In this document: piece after piece, positions 1 to 42,356 of the stretch
Numbering within the stretch: the stretch's first letter is position 1
Layout of the letters: every line of letters begins with the position of its first letter
From: Girardia tigrina
Taxonomy: Eukaryota
Assembly (NCBI GenBank): GCA_001938485.1
Contig: MQRK01234570.1
Span: 1-59,396 of the forward strand
Reading direction: 5' to 3'
DNA: 59,396 bases
Notes under the pieces: model-generated
What the model saw: the letters and a program-made list of their open reading frames with translations, nothing else
What the model was told of the DNA's origin: nothing
Databases searched by the model: none
Position numbers and translations under genes: made by a program

Positions 1-1413
1 TTATTTTACAAAGTTATTTTTTTGAATAACTTGGAAAATCGTTCTTATTTGTATTATTTAAATAAGAAACATTAACTAAAATCAAATTAATTCGTTGCGA
101 CCAAACTGAAACATCGTTTAACAAATTCGATTATTTGGTTTTTTTCGAAATAGAGACGAACCGAATTCAGGAGACGAATTTCTATATCAAAAAGACACGG
201 TCTCCGCAACAATGACTCTCTGATCAAAATAGATATATTTTATCTTTGAAAGTCTACTATATATAGAATTATAAGGTCAATAAGAAGTCATTTTTTTCGA
301 AAAGTCAATAAAATTTAGTTATATTCAAATTTATCAAATATTTCATAATAAAATTTTTTATTTTAATAATGAAAAAATCGTCTGTTCATTTATTTAAAAA
401 TTCTAAAAATTTTAAAATGCCGAGTCACAAGAAATAATACATCCAAAATTAGTGAAATTCTTATAAAATATCGAAATTAATTTTAAAAGCACAAAATAAT
501 GAACTTTTTGTAATGTGTATAATATGGTTGTCAAGAATTCGAAGCAATTTTTCGTTGATAGTCATAAAAATACTAAAAAACATAAAAGGCACAATATGCA
601 AGATCTCATTATTCATAAAACAAAACAATGTATTATCTTTCCAAAGAATGATTTCAAGAGATGTTTTGAATGTATTTTTGGTAGAAGATGTTACATTTTC
701 GATATTAAGAAACTTGAGAATCATATTTTCCTCTGTTGCCCATAATCTACCATGTAAACAATCTTGTCAATGAAGAATCCCAGAACCGTTTGAAGAATGA
801 ATTTGCAAGATAAACATTTATATTGAAAATGAAAATATATTCATTTTGGTTGAATAATCTGAAAATAATTCATGCTAGTTTGTGGATCTGTTCGTAGGAA
901 TTTCCGGTTAAAGAATTTTTGACCGTGAAAATATATTTTTATATTTTGTTAGATCTCATAAAAATTTTAGTGATGATGAGTCATAGTCAATAAAGTCGAT
1001 TTTTTGCAATAGTCAGTTTTTTAAAGTATTAGTAATAAAGTCAATGTTTATTTTTAAGTTCATTTTTTAGGGGTCCTAGTAATAATATTAAAAACTTGTT
1101 CCATAAAAGAATACTAGCAAAAGTATGAAATATTGAACAGAAATGGTCAACTATTCATTGAATAATAATTATGTGTTACTATTGATTGGTTAATCATTAA
1201 AATACATTAAATAAAAACGTGATAAAAAGATAAAAGTTTGGCTAATTAAAAATAATATCGAAATAAATATTTATATAGATTATTTAATTTTGTATAAATA
1301 CAAAATAATCACTAAAACAATTTTTATTAAACAAATATCAATTATTCAAAACAACTCTTAATTATTAATTTAATTCTATAATTTTTCTAAAAAACATTTT
1401 GTTTTAATATTTC

Positions 1414-1428
1414 GTTGCTAATGAATAC
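1414..1428 (+). promoter_or_regulatory. Candidate RFX X-box upstream of the ciliary gene
   Basis: GTTGCT-AAT-GAATAC resembles the X-box pattern GTTRYY-N(1-3)-RRNAAC. It ends 24 bp upstream of the RSPH10B ATG. The right half-site is imperfect. Confidence 0.45.
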
Positions 1429-1451
1429 ATTGAGAAATATTTTAAATTTCA

Positions 1452-30221
<28,770 letters not shown>

Positions 30222-31108
30222 ATGTTGAAAAATGGGAAGTTGAACTTAACGAAAATAAATCTTTTTTATGTTTTGGTTGTTATATTGTATATAAATTGAT
30301 CTTTAATGCAGTATCAGTTACATAGGTGTTACATAATGATGAAACAATGGTTTTCAAGAATAAAATCAAGGTTAAGATCACATTGGAACCGACTTGCCGA
30401 ATTCGTGAAATCGGCAGCAGTTTGCTGAAATAATGTAGTTGCCGAATTTATGAACTAGTCAAGTTTTGCCGAATTCAGTAACTATATGAAAAGTTTTCAT
30501 TTTAAAATGAAAGATTATGTATTTAATATGAAAAAATATTAATTTATTATGAAAAATATCAATTTAGTATGAAAAATATGTATTTAATACGACAAAATTA
30601 TCAATTTAATATGATAAAATAAATTAAATATGAAAAAAATCTTAATTTATGTAAAATAGACTTCAAATGTAAAATTTTTATTCGTAGTTATTTAAACTTC
30701 TTCCTTGGTGGAAAGCTGAATTGCAAACGTTTGTATTTTGAAAGCATTTTTTCATATTGAATTGATATTTTTCATATTAAATTGATTGTTTTTATATTTA
30801 AATATCATTTTAATATGAAAAATATCAATTTAATCTGAAAATATAAATTTATATATTTTAAATCCGCTCAGTAGACGTGACCCGACGTAATGTTGGAAAA
30901 TGATAAAGTTGTCCATTATTTTTCGCTTTTCGAAATATTAAAGTTCTTCTATCCGAAAAAAATTACTTCGAACGAAAAGTATGTAAATTTTAAGTTATTT
31001 TTAAGATATACACAAGCTAGTCTAAGATAATCGTATCCCCATATGGCCTAGATAGAATGCTGAATCACTCAAAGAGACTTTTACTGTTATAACATGCATT
31101 GAGCACTA

Positions 31109-31321
31109 TCAACTGACTGGACTTTGCGATAATCCATGCACAATCGTTCCTTTATAAGCGTCGGGATACATTTTTCGATGCTCTGTATTGACTTGAAGAA
31201 CAAAATGGGTTTGCCCTTTGTCTATGGAAAGGATTCCACTACATTCTTGTATGAGGACGATACCTCTTTCAACTGCTTCATTCGTCACTCGAAGCCCACA
31301 AACAATTTCTTCGCCTTTCAA
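31109..31321 (-). mobile_element. hAT-related (hATm-like) transposase C-terminal remnant
   Basis: LRVTNEAVERGIVLIQE...LQV..EHRK.YP motif. Confidence 0.55.
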
Positions 31322-33790
31322 GATATTCAGGATTGTTAATCCAGTTCACCGGCGATACGCGTCTTTTCTGCGACTCTTTTTCGGTGCTTTGCATTCACAA
31401 ACTCTCTTATTAAAAGATTTTCCAATAATTTTATATTTATTAAGAACAAGAATTGGATTTTTAATACATTTATTTGTATCACAACTTGAATTGTCACTAG
31501 GACTATTCTCCATAAAACTTTCGTAGTTCGTCATCGTTCTTGATTAATAAATTGAATTATATTTCTAAATGTATTATTATTTAAACAAATTTAAATTACA
31601 ACTTATTTAAAATTCGTTTCCAAAATAATTTATAATATAAATTACAAAAATAATTTTAATTATTTTAAAAAATATTTTAAATATATTATTTATGATTTAT
31701 TAATTTTAATTTTAAAGTAAGTTATTTAAATTTTAAAATAGAATAAACAATTCAACGTTTTAAAATATTTAAAATATTAATCTTCCATCTTTGTGGGAGA
31801 AACACAATCATAAAACAACATACCAAACAATATACAATTAGCACCATTCAAAATATTTCTCACAATATTAACTTAAAAATTATGTGTACGCATTATTTTT
31901 TGTTTGTTTAGTGTTAATTAAACAAATTTATTTGAAAAATTCTTTTATTATTGTCCATATGAGCGATATTATATTATAAAAAAGAAAAAAATGAAATTTT
32001 CTCATGAAGGCTTTTTCTGTGTTCGGCAAATTCAGTAAAGACGGCCTTTTGAAATTTTGGAGGTGTGAAAAAAAATGATACATGTAAGCCACACTAACTT
32101 GGGCAATAATCCAATCAAATTCACAAACGTGCACTCACATGATTCAAATCAGTCACAAATAGAAGTGCAACAAAAAATATCTTTTATGTTATCCGATTTA
32201 CCAATTACAGTAGAAGTCGGATAAATTTTTGAAGTCCCGTTAAAAGCCTCATAGGATACGTGTTAAATATTTCAGCCTAACTCGGATTCATTTAAATCGA
32301 TAATCTGCTGAGTCGTAGAAGAATTTCAGTAGGGATTACGTAAAATATGGTTTAAGTCGGATTTATTTTGTTTTAATATTTAAATAAAACACGTTAATTC
32401 AATTAAAAAAAATTAAGTTTAAAATAAAATTTAGTTTCATCAAAATGTAAAACCATTTGGTGTTTTATTTCTTTTATGTATTGATAAATCTTTTATATAT
32501 CTTTGAATATATTGTTATGAAGTTTGAATATATTTTTTAATCATTTCATTGAATATGTTATTAAATTGAAATAAATAGATGACTAAATCTGTGTCTAAAG
32601 AACAGATGACCAAAACAGATGTGTTGTAATTTACAGACATCCATAGAATTATAGAAACTGTTCTTAATCGTGATTTTCAAATTATTACTTAGATCAAATT
32701 TTGTGGTTATTATTCAAAAAAGTTTATTTATAAGAACAGTAAAGAAGTTTATTGTAATTTGTTTTCTACTTTATTTTATCATATTTGCCTTTTTGAATTT
32801 TGTTTTATATATTTTATTAGTTTATTTTCTTTATCTTTTTGTTGGGTCACCGAGCAAAACAACAATATAAATAAATATAATTTAAAAATTCTTTGTACTC
32901 AAATTAAGAAGTTTTGACTGGGAATGTTATTTGTACCTGAACAGATTTGCATAAATGTTTTTTTTATTTAAACTTCATTTCATTTGTAATTTTATTCACT
33001 GCCAATTTCTTGATTGTTAAAATTGTTAGGGTTCCAAATGTTATATATATATAAATTATTATACTATTATTATAATCATTATTATTATTATTATTGAGAG
33101 TATTATAAAAAACTTACATTTTTCGGTGAAAATTAAAAATGATTATGGGGGAAAACCTACCTGAAAGTGCGTGAACCTGATTGCACAATCTCGGATGCAA
33201 TCAGATAGCGCGCACCGACTTAGAATTTTAAAAAAATAACATAAAAAAAACAACAAAATTCCAAATTGTAGATGTAATCTCCATATTAAAATAATAATTT
33301 AAAATATTTTATTAATTAAATTTTTTAATATTTTAATAATTAAATAATATAATTTTTATATTTTTATATTTTATATCATTTATATTTTGGTTTTAAAATC
33401 CCAAAATATATTATTGATGAGCCCTCCGCTCGAATTTATTTTGTAAATTTGAATTGATTATTGGTATTAGTCGAAAAAGGATCATTATAAATTATTTATT
33501 GGAAATTTCAAAAGGAAAATTATTGAGATTTATTTGAAAAATTGAAAATTTGTTTGTCGAAAATTATTTATTGGAATCATTGATTGGAAATTATTTATTG
33601 GAAAATATTATTGAAAGTGAAAATTATTATTGAATATTATTTGAAAATAATTGATATTGAAATACCGAATTAAGAAATTAATCTATTTAAATTATTTTAT
33701 CAAATTGTTAAAAGAGGTATTTATTTTAAATTATTAAAGTGTCGAGGTATTATTTACGAAATAAAAAATTGGAGAAACCAAAAATGGCTG

Positions 33791-33982
33791 ATGAAAATAG
33801 AAGCGAACAATGATTTTGGAAGTTTTCAAAAACTACCTGTTTCTCAATATGAAGGAGATCCTGTGGAATTCGTTGATTTAATGACCGAATACTATATGTA
33901 TGCCTATGGATGGTCAGATAAAATTATGATACAAAGACTACCACTATATTTGAAAGGTGCCAGAGAAGTGTACAATCAATTA
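33791..33982 (+). mobile_element. LTR retrotransposon gag fragment
   Basis: YEGDPVEF...AYGWSDKIMIQRLPLYLKGAREVYNQL, cut by the mariner TIR. Confidence 0.6.
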
Positions 33983-34680
33983 TTGGGTTGTTCGGAAAGT
34001 CATTTCGTTTTTTTAATACTTGTTTTAAATGTATTTTTTTATATTAATAATCATTAATAATCATTGACTATATTATTTATTTTAGCAGTTGGTAATCAAG
34101 GTTAGATTTGGAAAATTTTGGAATAATTAAAAACATTTATATTTGATTTTGACCTATCAAAGATGGAAAGCAAGAATCAGCATTTACAGAATGTATTACT
34201 TTTTTACTTCCGAAAAAGTAAAAATGCTGTACAAGCAAGAAGAAAATTATGCGAATTGCATGGAGAAGATGTGTTGACAGAACGCCAATGTCAAAACTGG
34301 TATAAAACATTTAGATCCGGAAATTTTGATGTTGAAGATTCTTCACGTTCCGGAAGGCCCATTGAGGCCGACGAAGATATAATAAAGGCATTAATTGATT
34401 CAAACCGGAGAATTACAACTCGCGAAATTACCCAGACATTACATTTATCTAATTCGGCCGTCCATGATCATTTGAAGCGCCTAGGTTTTACATCAAAACT
34501 CGACACATGGATTCCTCATAATCTTACCGAACGAAATTTATGCTGTCGTTTAGACATCTGCGATATGCTTCTCAAACGTCAAGAAAATGATCCATTTTTT
34601 GAAGCGCATCGTCACTGGAGATGAGAAATGGATAGTCTACAATAATGTAAAACGCAAGAGATCTTGGAGTAAAAAAAAGT
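33983..34680 (+). mobile_element. Mariner 5' half (same TIR family as 9119-11771)
   Basis: TA then TTGGGTTGTTCGGAAAGTCATTTC. Transposase from 34163 (MESKNQH..., SRSGRP, WIPHNL), frameshifted before IVTGDEKW and truncated. Confidence 0.85.
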
Positions 34681-36605
34681 ATACCGATACCAAGAACCCT
34701 GTAATTTCAAAAAATTTAAACCACAAAAGTTACCTAACCAAGCACCAAGATTAGGTAACGTACAATCCACTTTCATGGTGCAACTTAATAATTTTAAATA
34801 TGATTTTCTCGTTGACACACGTTCAATCGTTTCCATTTTACCAGTTAAATCCTTCATACCCAGTCTTACAAAACAAACAAACAAATTCTTATACGTAGCC
34901 AATGGTAATACAATCAAAACATTAGGTGAACACAAACTGATTATCGATATTGAAAAAAAACATACAACTGGTCATTTATCATCGCCGATGTAACAAACCC
35001 CATACTAGGTGCAGATTTTTTAGCCCATTACAATTTCTTAGTGGATTGCAAGAACAAAAAATAATCAACAATAAGGATAATACTACAATAAACCTAATAA
35101 CCAACAAACTAGACGGATAGGAACTATAAAGCAAAAAAACACACAAAATAACAACATTCTACAAACATCAAAACAAAATTAAAAAAACAATACATACACT
35201 AGAAACATTTAAAAACAGAGAAACAGCATGCTCAGAAATCAATATTAACAATCACAAAACGAATAAAAATAAATTCGTACACTTAGAAAATACAGTAAAC
35301 AAAAATAATTCAAAAATTGAAACAAAAAAAAGACAGTAACAAAAATAATATTAAAACAAACGATAAGAACGACAACATAATTACATTAAATAACAAAATA
35401 ATCGAGGAAATATTAAAAATAACAAATTTGGAAACTCAGACTATAACTAAAAACAAAACCACTCATCAAATAATCACAAAAGGCACCCTAGTACACACGA
35501 AAGTTAGACTTTTAACCGAAGATAAATTAAAAGAAGCAAAAATTATATTTCAAGAACTAACTAATAACGGAGTGATTAGACAATCATCATCAAATTGGTC
35601 ATCACCATTATTAATGAAAAAAAGAAAGACGACACATGGAGATGTTGTGGTGACTACCGACGTTTGAACTCGATAACCATCAAAAACGAATACCATGTGC
35701 CGTTAATTAAAGACATCACAACGAGGTCGAAGAACGCCGCATACTTTACGAAATTAGACCTTGAGAAAGCTTACCATCAAATCCCAATGGCCGATGAGGA
35801 CATACCAAAAAGAGAAATAATTTACTCCATTCGGGTTATTCGAATTTTTAAAAATGACATTTTGGCTTAAAAACGCCGCTTCCACATTTCAACGTTACAT
35901 GGATAATTTATTTCATAAATTGGACTACATCTTAGTATACTTAGATGACATAATTATTGGCAGTAATAATATTAATGAGCATAAAATACACATAGCGACC
36001 GTATTACAAATACTTATGGCAAACGGTTTATCAATCAATTTAAAAAAATGCGAATTTATTAAAACAAAAATCTTATTCCTAGGTCACACTATAGAGAAGG
36101 GCATCATATGAAAGAGAAAATGGATTTCATTAAAAAAATTCAACCACCTAAAAACGTGCAATAAATAAGGAGATTTTGTGGAATGGTAAACTTTTACCAT
36201 AAATTTATACCACATTGCTCAAGTATTTTAGCTCCACTTACAGATATGATAAAAAACAGAACTAAATTACAAAAAATCGAGTGGAATGAAGAAAAACTAA
36301 AACAGTCAACATAATTAAACAAAAATTAGAGTCAATCACAAAATTATACATGATACAACAAGATAGCGAACTAACCTTAACTACAGATGCTTCAAATTAC
36401 GGTATAGGAGCGGTTTCATCACAAACACATAACAACGGTGAAGTTCCAATAGCTTTCTTCTCACAAAAACTAAATGAAACAGAAAAACGCTACTCAACTT
36501 TCGACCGGGAACTCCTAGTAATATACAGGTCTATCAAACACTTTCAAGACTATCTCGAACATAGAACCTTCACAATCAACACAGATCACAAACCTTTAGT
36601 ACAAG
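34681..36605 (+). mobile_element. Decayed Ty3/Gypsy pol (protease-RT-RNase H)
   Basis: FLVDT, PILGADFL, WRCCGDYRRLN, KLDLEKAYHQI, YLDD, TDAS, RYSTFDRELL, TDHKPL; many frameshifts. Confidence 0.85.
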
Positions 36606-37601
36606 TATTAAATTTAATAATAATAATTTTTAAACTTATTATTTTTTTAAAACATTATTTTTTATTATTTTTTAAATTTATTATTTAAAATTATTTGTGA
36701 TCAATATATTGATCATTTTATAAATTTAAAATTTTGTATTAATTTCATATGACGACTTAATGTCGTTAAGTATATAATATAAATAATAATTTACTAATAA
36801 AATAATCAATAAATAAACATATTATATAAATAATAATTTACAAATAAAATAGTACAAAAATAATACGTAGATAATAAATAATTTAATATAAATTTATACA
36901 ATAGCCCCCCCCCTTCATAAGTGGAACGTACACCGACGGGAGTTAATATCAGATTTTTTTGATTTTAAGGCTATAATTAACATTAGAAAAAAAATCGGCA
37001 GTATTGTTATCGAAAACGTTTACTTTATAAGGACCAATAAAACGGGTTCCGAAAATTATTAGATTAATGACTTTGACGTAAGCAATAGCCTCTTTAACTT
37101 GTAATTTTTGTTTGGGTTGTTGATCAAAATTGAACAATTTAACGAATGATTTCTTCCCGCACAGCTTTTCTAATGGAGAAATCCCCAAAGTGGAATTAGG
37201 TTTAAGTTTTAAAGATAAAAGACCTTCTGAAAGAATGTCTAGCCAGTTCGAATCATTTCCTTTGAGCTATATTGATTGTTTGAGATATCGATTGAAAGTC
37301 TCGACTTTACCATTGGAGTTTACTGAACATTTTTGCGTCCGCCAATCTAATAGTGACATCTTTTATTAAAGGAAGTGGATATTCATCTTTCAAAGTTATT
37401 GCGTTAAGGTTACGATAGTCCCCACAAAAACGCCAATCACCATTCGGTTTTTTTCATAAGCAACGCGGAAGACCAATCGTAAAATGATCTTCTTATGATT
37501 TTGCGAGCTTCTAAGTCTCGAAAGATTTCTTTTTCGGCTTCGAGTTTACCTGGCGGTAGACAACAAACACGAGAATGTAATCGCAAACCATTCGTAATAA
37601 T

Positions 37602-37810
37602 TGTTAGGATAATTAAATTAATATCAATACATATTTATATTTAAATTCATATCTCTATTTATAAATATATAAAGGATCCATTATATGATTATATAGACTC
37701 CTGAAATTGTTTGAATCAATCAACGTAATTATAAATTACGGACATAATTTAATTTTGATTAGAAATAAATATTTCTTCTAGTTTCGATTTTTTAATGAAT
37801 AATTCTTACA
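37602..37810 (+). repeat. 5' LTR
   Basis: Matches 42148-42356 at 207/209. Confidence 0.95.
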
Positions 37811-38843
37811 TGGCGACCACGCCTAGCATCGTTAATAATTTAGCACCGAAGATATTCGATGGNNNNNNNNNNNNNNNNNNNNNNNNNNNNNNNNNNNNNN
37901 NNNNNNNNNNNNNNNNNNNNNNNNNNNNNNNNNNNNNNNNNNNNNNNNNNNNNNNNNNNNNNNNNNNNNNNNNNNNNNNNNNNNNNNNNNNNNNNNNNNN
38001 NNNNNNNNNNNNNNNNNNNNGAACGATTACGGAAAGCGTTCAAAAAACCAACATCGTTGATCCAAGATTTACAAGACCTGATGACCTATCGTAAAGGATC
38101 AGACTCGGCTCCTGCATTTTTCAATAAAGTGGAAAAAATAGTCGATAAAATTCTGAATCACAAATGGAACAAGCAAGAACTCATGTCCTATTTTTTGACC
38201 CATTGTGTGGAAGATGTCAATATGAAGACTCAAATTTTAATGCATGAAGCAAAATCACCNNNNNNNNNNNNNNNNNNNNNNNNNNNNNNNNNNNNNNNNN
38301 NNNNNNNNNNNNNNNNNNNNNNNNNNNNNNNNNNNNNNNNNNNNNNNNNNNNNNNNNNNNNNNNNNNNNNNNNNNNNNNNNNNNNNNNNNNNNNNNNNNN
38401 NNNNNNNNNNNNNNNNNNNNNNNNNNNNNNNNNNNNNNNNNNNTCCAAAAGGATCCATACAACAAAGTGGTGAAAAGGATGGTAAATCTTTTGTTTGTTA
38501 TCATTGCAGGAAATCTGGACACATTCGTCGAGATTGTCCAGAAATATCAAGAATTTGCTATGAATGTCGTGATGTTGGACATATTCGGAAAGATTGCCCA
38601 TATGTTAAATGTTCCAAATGCGATAGCCATGGACATTTAGGATATCAATGTTTCAAAAATAAAACCAGAATGCTAACTTGGAATCAAAGATCTGGCCAAT
38701 TTGGTCGATATGAGCAGCAATACCGACGAGACGTGGCTGGAGTAGACGAAATAAATGATTCAAGATCAGTTGAATTTGAAACAGATAGACCGTCAAACTN
38801 NNNNNNNNNNNNNNNNNNNNNNNNNNNNGGAGCCATAAATTAA
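37810..38843 (+). CDS. gag: Gag with three CCHC zinc knuckles (gapped)
   Basis: MATTPS...PKIFDG; CYHCRKSGHIRRDC, CYECRDVGHIRKDC, CSKCDSHGHLGYQC. N gaps obscure frame continuity. Confidence 0.8.
37811..37821 (+). other. Primer binding site (tRNA-Arg-like)
   Basis: TGGCGACCACG immediately after the LTR CA. Confidence 0.7.
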
Positions 38844-38857
38844 AATGTAAGAATATT

Positions 38858-38950
38858 TTGGATCCTTATATATGTAATATTAGTAGTTGTAAATGTATTT
38901 ATAATAGTAATAATATATATCGTAATTATGATATTGGTAGTATTTATAAT

Positions 38951-38984
<34 letters not shown>

Positions 38985-41900
38985 TTAATAACAGTGATGT
39001 AACTAATGTAGAGGGTATAGCATTTATTGAGAATACTAGAGGTAGTACAATCTTGAAGAGCGCAGATCGATATTTATTAACATTTGTAATGAATTCGAAA
39101 GATAAGTTACGTTATAATGTTTTTAATGGGAGGCCAAGCATGTTGACAAAAATTGGCGGTTTGGAATTAAACTGTTTGCTTGACACAGGAGCTCGAATTA
39201 ATGTATTGGATGAAAAGATTGTTAAAGAGTTACAGATTTTGATAGATAATAAATCTATAATGAATGTAGTTTGTACCAATGGTAGTGGTATGGAGTTGTC
39301 AGGAACATGTAGAATTAATGTTATGTGGCGGAGTGTAAAAATAAATGCATTATTTTATATCGCGAAGAGAGTATTCCCATCTGTTATTTTTGGAATAAAA
39401 TTAATAAGTGATTTAGGTTTCGAACTTAAATGTAATGGAGTGATTACATCTGAAAAAGAGGATATAATGAGCGATTCAAAGACATATATTTGTGCATTAG
39501 ACCCATATGTAGGTAAATTTCAATATAATGAGAAACATAGAATGCAGAATGCAATTAAGAAATTAAATCTGAAGACTAATACAACTTTATATAAGTGCGT
39601 CGAAAAATACAAAAATATATTTATGGCTGGTNNNNNNNNNNNNNNNNNNNNNNNNNNNNNNNNNNNNNNNNNNNNNNNNNNNNNNNNNNNNNNNNNNNNN
39701 NNNNNNNNNNNNNNNNNNNNNNNNNNNNNNNNNNNNNNNNNNNNNNNNNNNNNNNNNNNNNNNNNNNNNNNNNNNNNNNNNNNNNNNNNNNNNNNNNNNN
39801 NNNNNNNNNNNNNNNNNNNNNNNNNNNNNNNNNNNNNNGAAATTCGTTTGTGTCTAGACTTTAGACTTTTAAATCAGATTACAGAAAGACCTGCCTTCCC
39901 AATGCCAAATATAGATGAGATGCTAGATTCTTTGAAAGGGGCCCGATGGTTTAGTTCTGTTGATTTAGGAAACGCTTACTATCAAGTGGAGTTGGAAGAA
40001 AATTCGAGATTGCAAACTGCCTTTTCAACCCAAACAGGACAGTTTTGTTTTACGAGAATGCCTTTCGGCATAGCAGCGGCACCAGCAACGTTTCAAAAGT
40101 TGATGACAGATGTTTTGGGAGAAATGTTATGGAAGGAGGCATTAGTTTACCTGGACGACATTTTAATATTTTCAGAAACAGAAGCACAACATTTAGACCG
40201 ACTGGACAAGCTATTTTGGAAGATTCAAGCTGCAGGACTCAGAATAAACCCAGAAAAGTGTAAACTTTTTCAAACAGAATTAAAATTTTTAGGTCACATC
40301 GTTAACAGAGATGGAATTAAGACAGATCCTAAAAAAATCAGAGCAATTCAAGATTTCGAAAAACCAAATTGTATTAAAAAGTTACGCAGTTACTTGGGGT
40401 TATGTAACTATTACAGGAAATTTATTCAACAATATTCGAAATTATCTAAACCATTAGAGGAACTATGTGGAAGTTCAAAAGATAAACTTTATTGGTCTGA
40501 CTCCCATACTGANNNNNNNNNNNNNNNNNNNNNNNNNNNNNNNNNNNNNNNNNNNNNNNNNNNNNNNNNNNNNNNNNNNNNNNNNNNNNNNNNNNNNNNN
40601 NNNNNNNNNNNNNNNNNNNNNNNNNNNNNNNNNNNNNNNNNNNACAAAGGTGAGGAACAAGTGATTGCATATGGTTCGAAAACTATGTCAAAGCATGAAA
40701 TTGGCTATTGTATTACTCGGAAAGAGTTATTGGCTATTTTTTTATTTCACTCAGCACTTTAAACATTATCTGTATGGTGCAAGTTTTAAATTGCGAACCG
40801 ATCACAAAGCAATAGAATTTATGATGACCACAAGGAAACCCATAACACCACAATTCCAAAACTGGATGAATTATTTAAGTAGCTTAGATATGGTTTTAGA
40901 GTACAGAAAAGGAATATTACATCAAAATGCAGATGCCTTGTCGAGAACAGATTGTATGGCATGTGTGCAATATCTTATTAAGCATGATGAAGCAAAATTG
41001 ACCAAATCAAAGACAAGAATGATTGCAATAGATGAAAAGGAATTGCATATCCCTTGGCAACAAAGTAACGATGAAATTAAAGAAATATTAGGAAAGTTAA
41101 ATAGTGGTAGTAGTATAAATTTTAAGGAATGCAATGGTTGTGTAAGAANNNNNNNNNNNNNNNNNNNNNNNNNNNNNNNNNNNNNNNNNNNNNNNNNNNN
41201 NNNNNNNNNNNNNNNNNNNNNNNNNNNCAGGTGTGAATAAAGTATATTCTTTCATGAAAGACGAATATGATATGGATAGTTTTACTAAAGAAATAGAATC
41301 AGTGGTTCGTAGTTGTCCTACCTGTCAGTTATCTAAAACATACACGAGAAAAACGAAGGAAGTATCTCTTGACTTAGTATCTCAGCGCCCTTTAGATGAT
41401 ATTTATATAGATTTTTGTGGACAATTGCCTGTAGTTTGTGGTAATAAATATATTTTAGGAATTATCGACAGATTTAGCAGGTATATAAGTTTAACAGCCG
41501 TGAATAGTCAAGATGAAGAAACATTAATTACAACAATCCAACATAAGTGGATATTTAGATTTGGANNNNNNNNNNNNNNNNNNNNNNNNNNNNNNNNNNT
41601 CTTCGAGTCAAAAAGTTTTAAAGAATATGCTAAATCTATGTTAATTACAATTCACTTTTCCAGTCCATATCATCACAGTTCAAACGGCATAATAGAACGT
41701 CAATTTCGAACTATTCGAAATGCACTGAATGCAACACTGAAAGATAGAGGAGGTTCAAACTGGGTTGATATTCTCCCAGAAATTGAATTTAGCATTAATG
41801 TGTCCAGACAAAGCACCACTGGGGTAAGTCCGGCGGAAGTTATACTGGGAAAACGTTTAACTTTAGATGGCTCTCGTCACTATGAATTAGACAATAAAAA

Positions 41901-42153
41901 GATTATTGAAAAAATTAAACAAAGTGAGGCAAGTAAATCAGACAAATCAAATACACCAAGACGAGAATATAAGGAAGGTGATTTAGTTCTAGTAAAGATA
42001 GAGAATAGACAGAAAGGAACAGACCATTATGAAAGCCCTTATGAAATAATACGGAAACTCCATGATCGATCTTTTGAAATGAAAAATAAAACCGGAAGAG
42101 TTATAGCTAGAAATATAGAATGGCTGAAACCTTTTAAAGAAGGGGGGTGTTAG
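38858..42153 (+). CDS. pol: Pol (protease, RT, RNase H, integrase), with gaps and one frameshift in a T-run near 40740
   Basis: LLDTGA; LCLDFRLLN; SVDLGNAYYQ; MPFG; YLDD; KELLA; TDHKA; CPTCQ; YIDF; IIDRFSRY; PYHHSSNGIIER. Confidence 0.9.
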
Positions 42154-42356
42154 AATAATTAAATTAATATCAATACATATTTATATTTAAATTCATATCT
42201 CTATTTATAAATATATAAAGGATCCATTATATGATTATATAGACTCCTGAAATTGTTTGAATCAATCAACGTAATTATAAATTACGGGCATAATTTAATT
42301 TTGATTAGAAATAAATATTTCTTCTAGTTTCGATTTTTTAATGAATAATTCTTACA
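42148..42356 (+). repeat. 3' LTR
   Basis: Follows the PPT; matches the 5' LTR. Confidence 0.95.

Larger units (their letters stand above)
37602..42356 (+). mobile_element. Young compact full-length Ty3/Gypsy LTR retrotransposon
   Basis: 209-bp TG..CA LTRs with 2 mismatches; ATAAT TSD at 37597-37601 and 42357-42361; PBS TGGCGACCACG; PPT AAAGAAGGGGGG; domain order gag-PR-RT-RH-IN. Confidence 0.95.

Noticed and set aside
461-773. Three overlapping short ORFs as a divergent gene
   Set aside because: No recognisable motif or consistent splice structure.
40735-40745. Programmed frameshift in RNase H
   Set aside because: A single extra T in a homopolymer in mid-domain; a sequencing error or inactivating indel is more likely.
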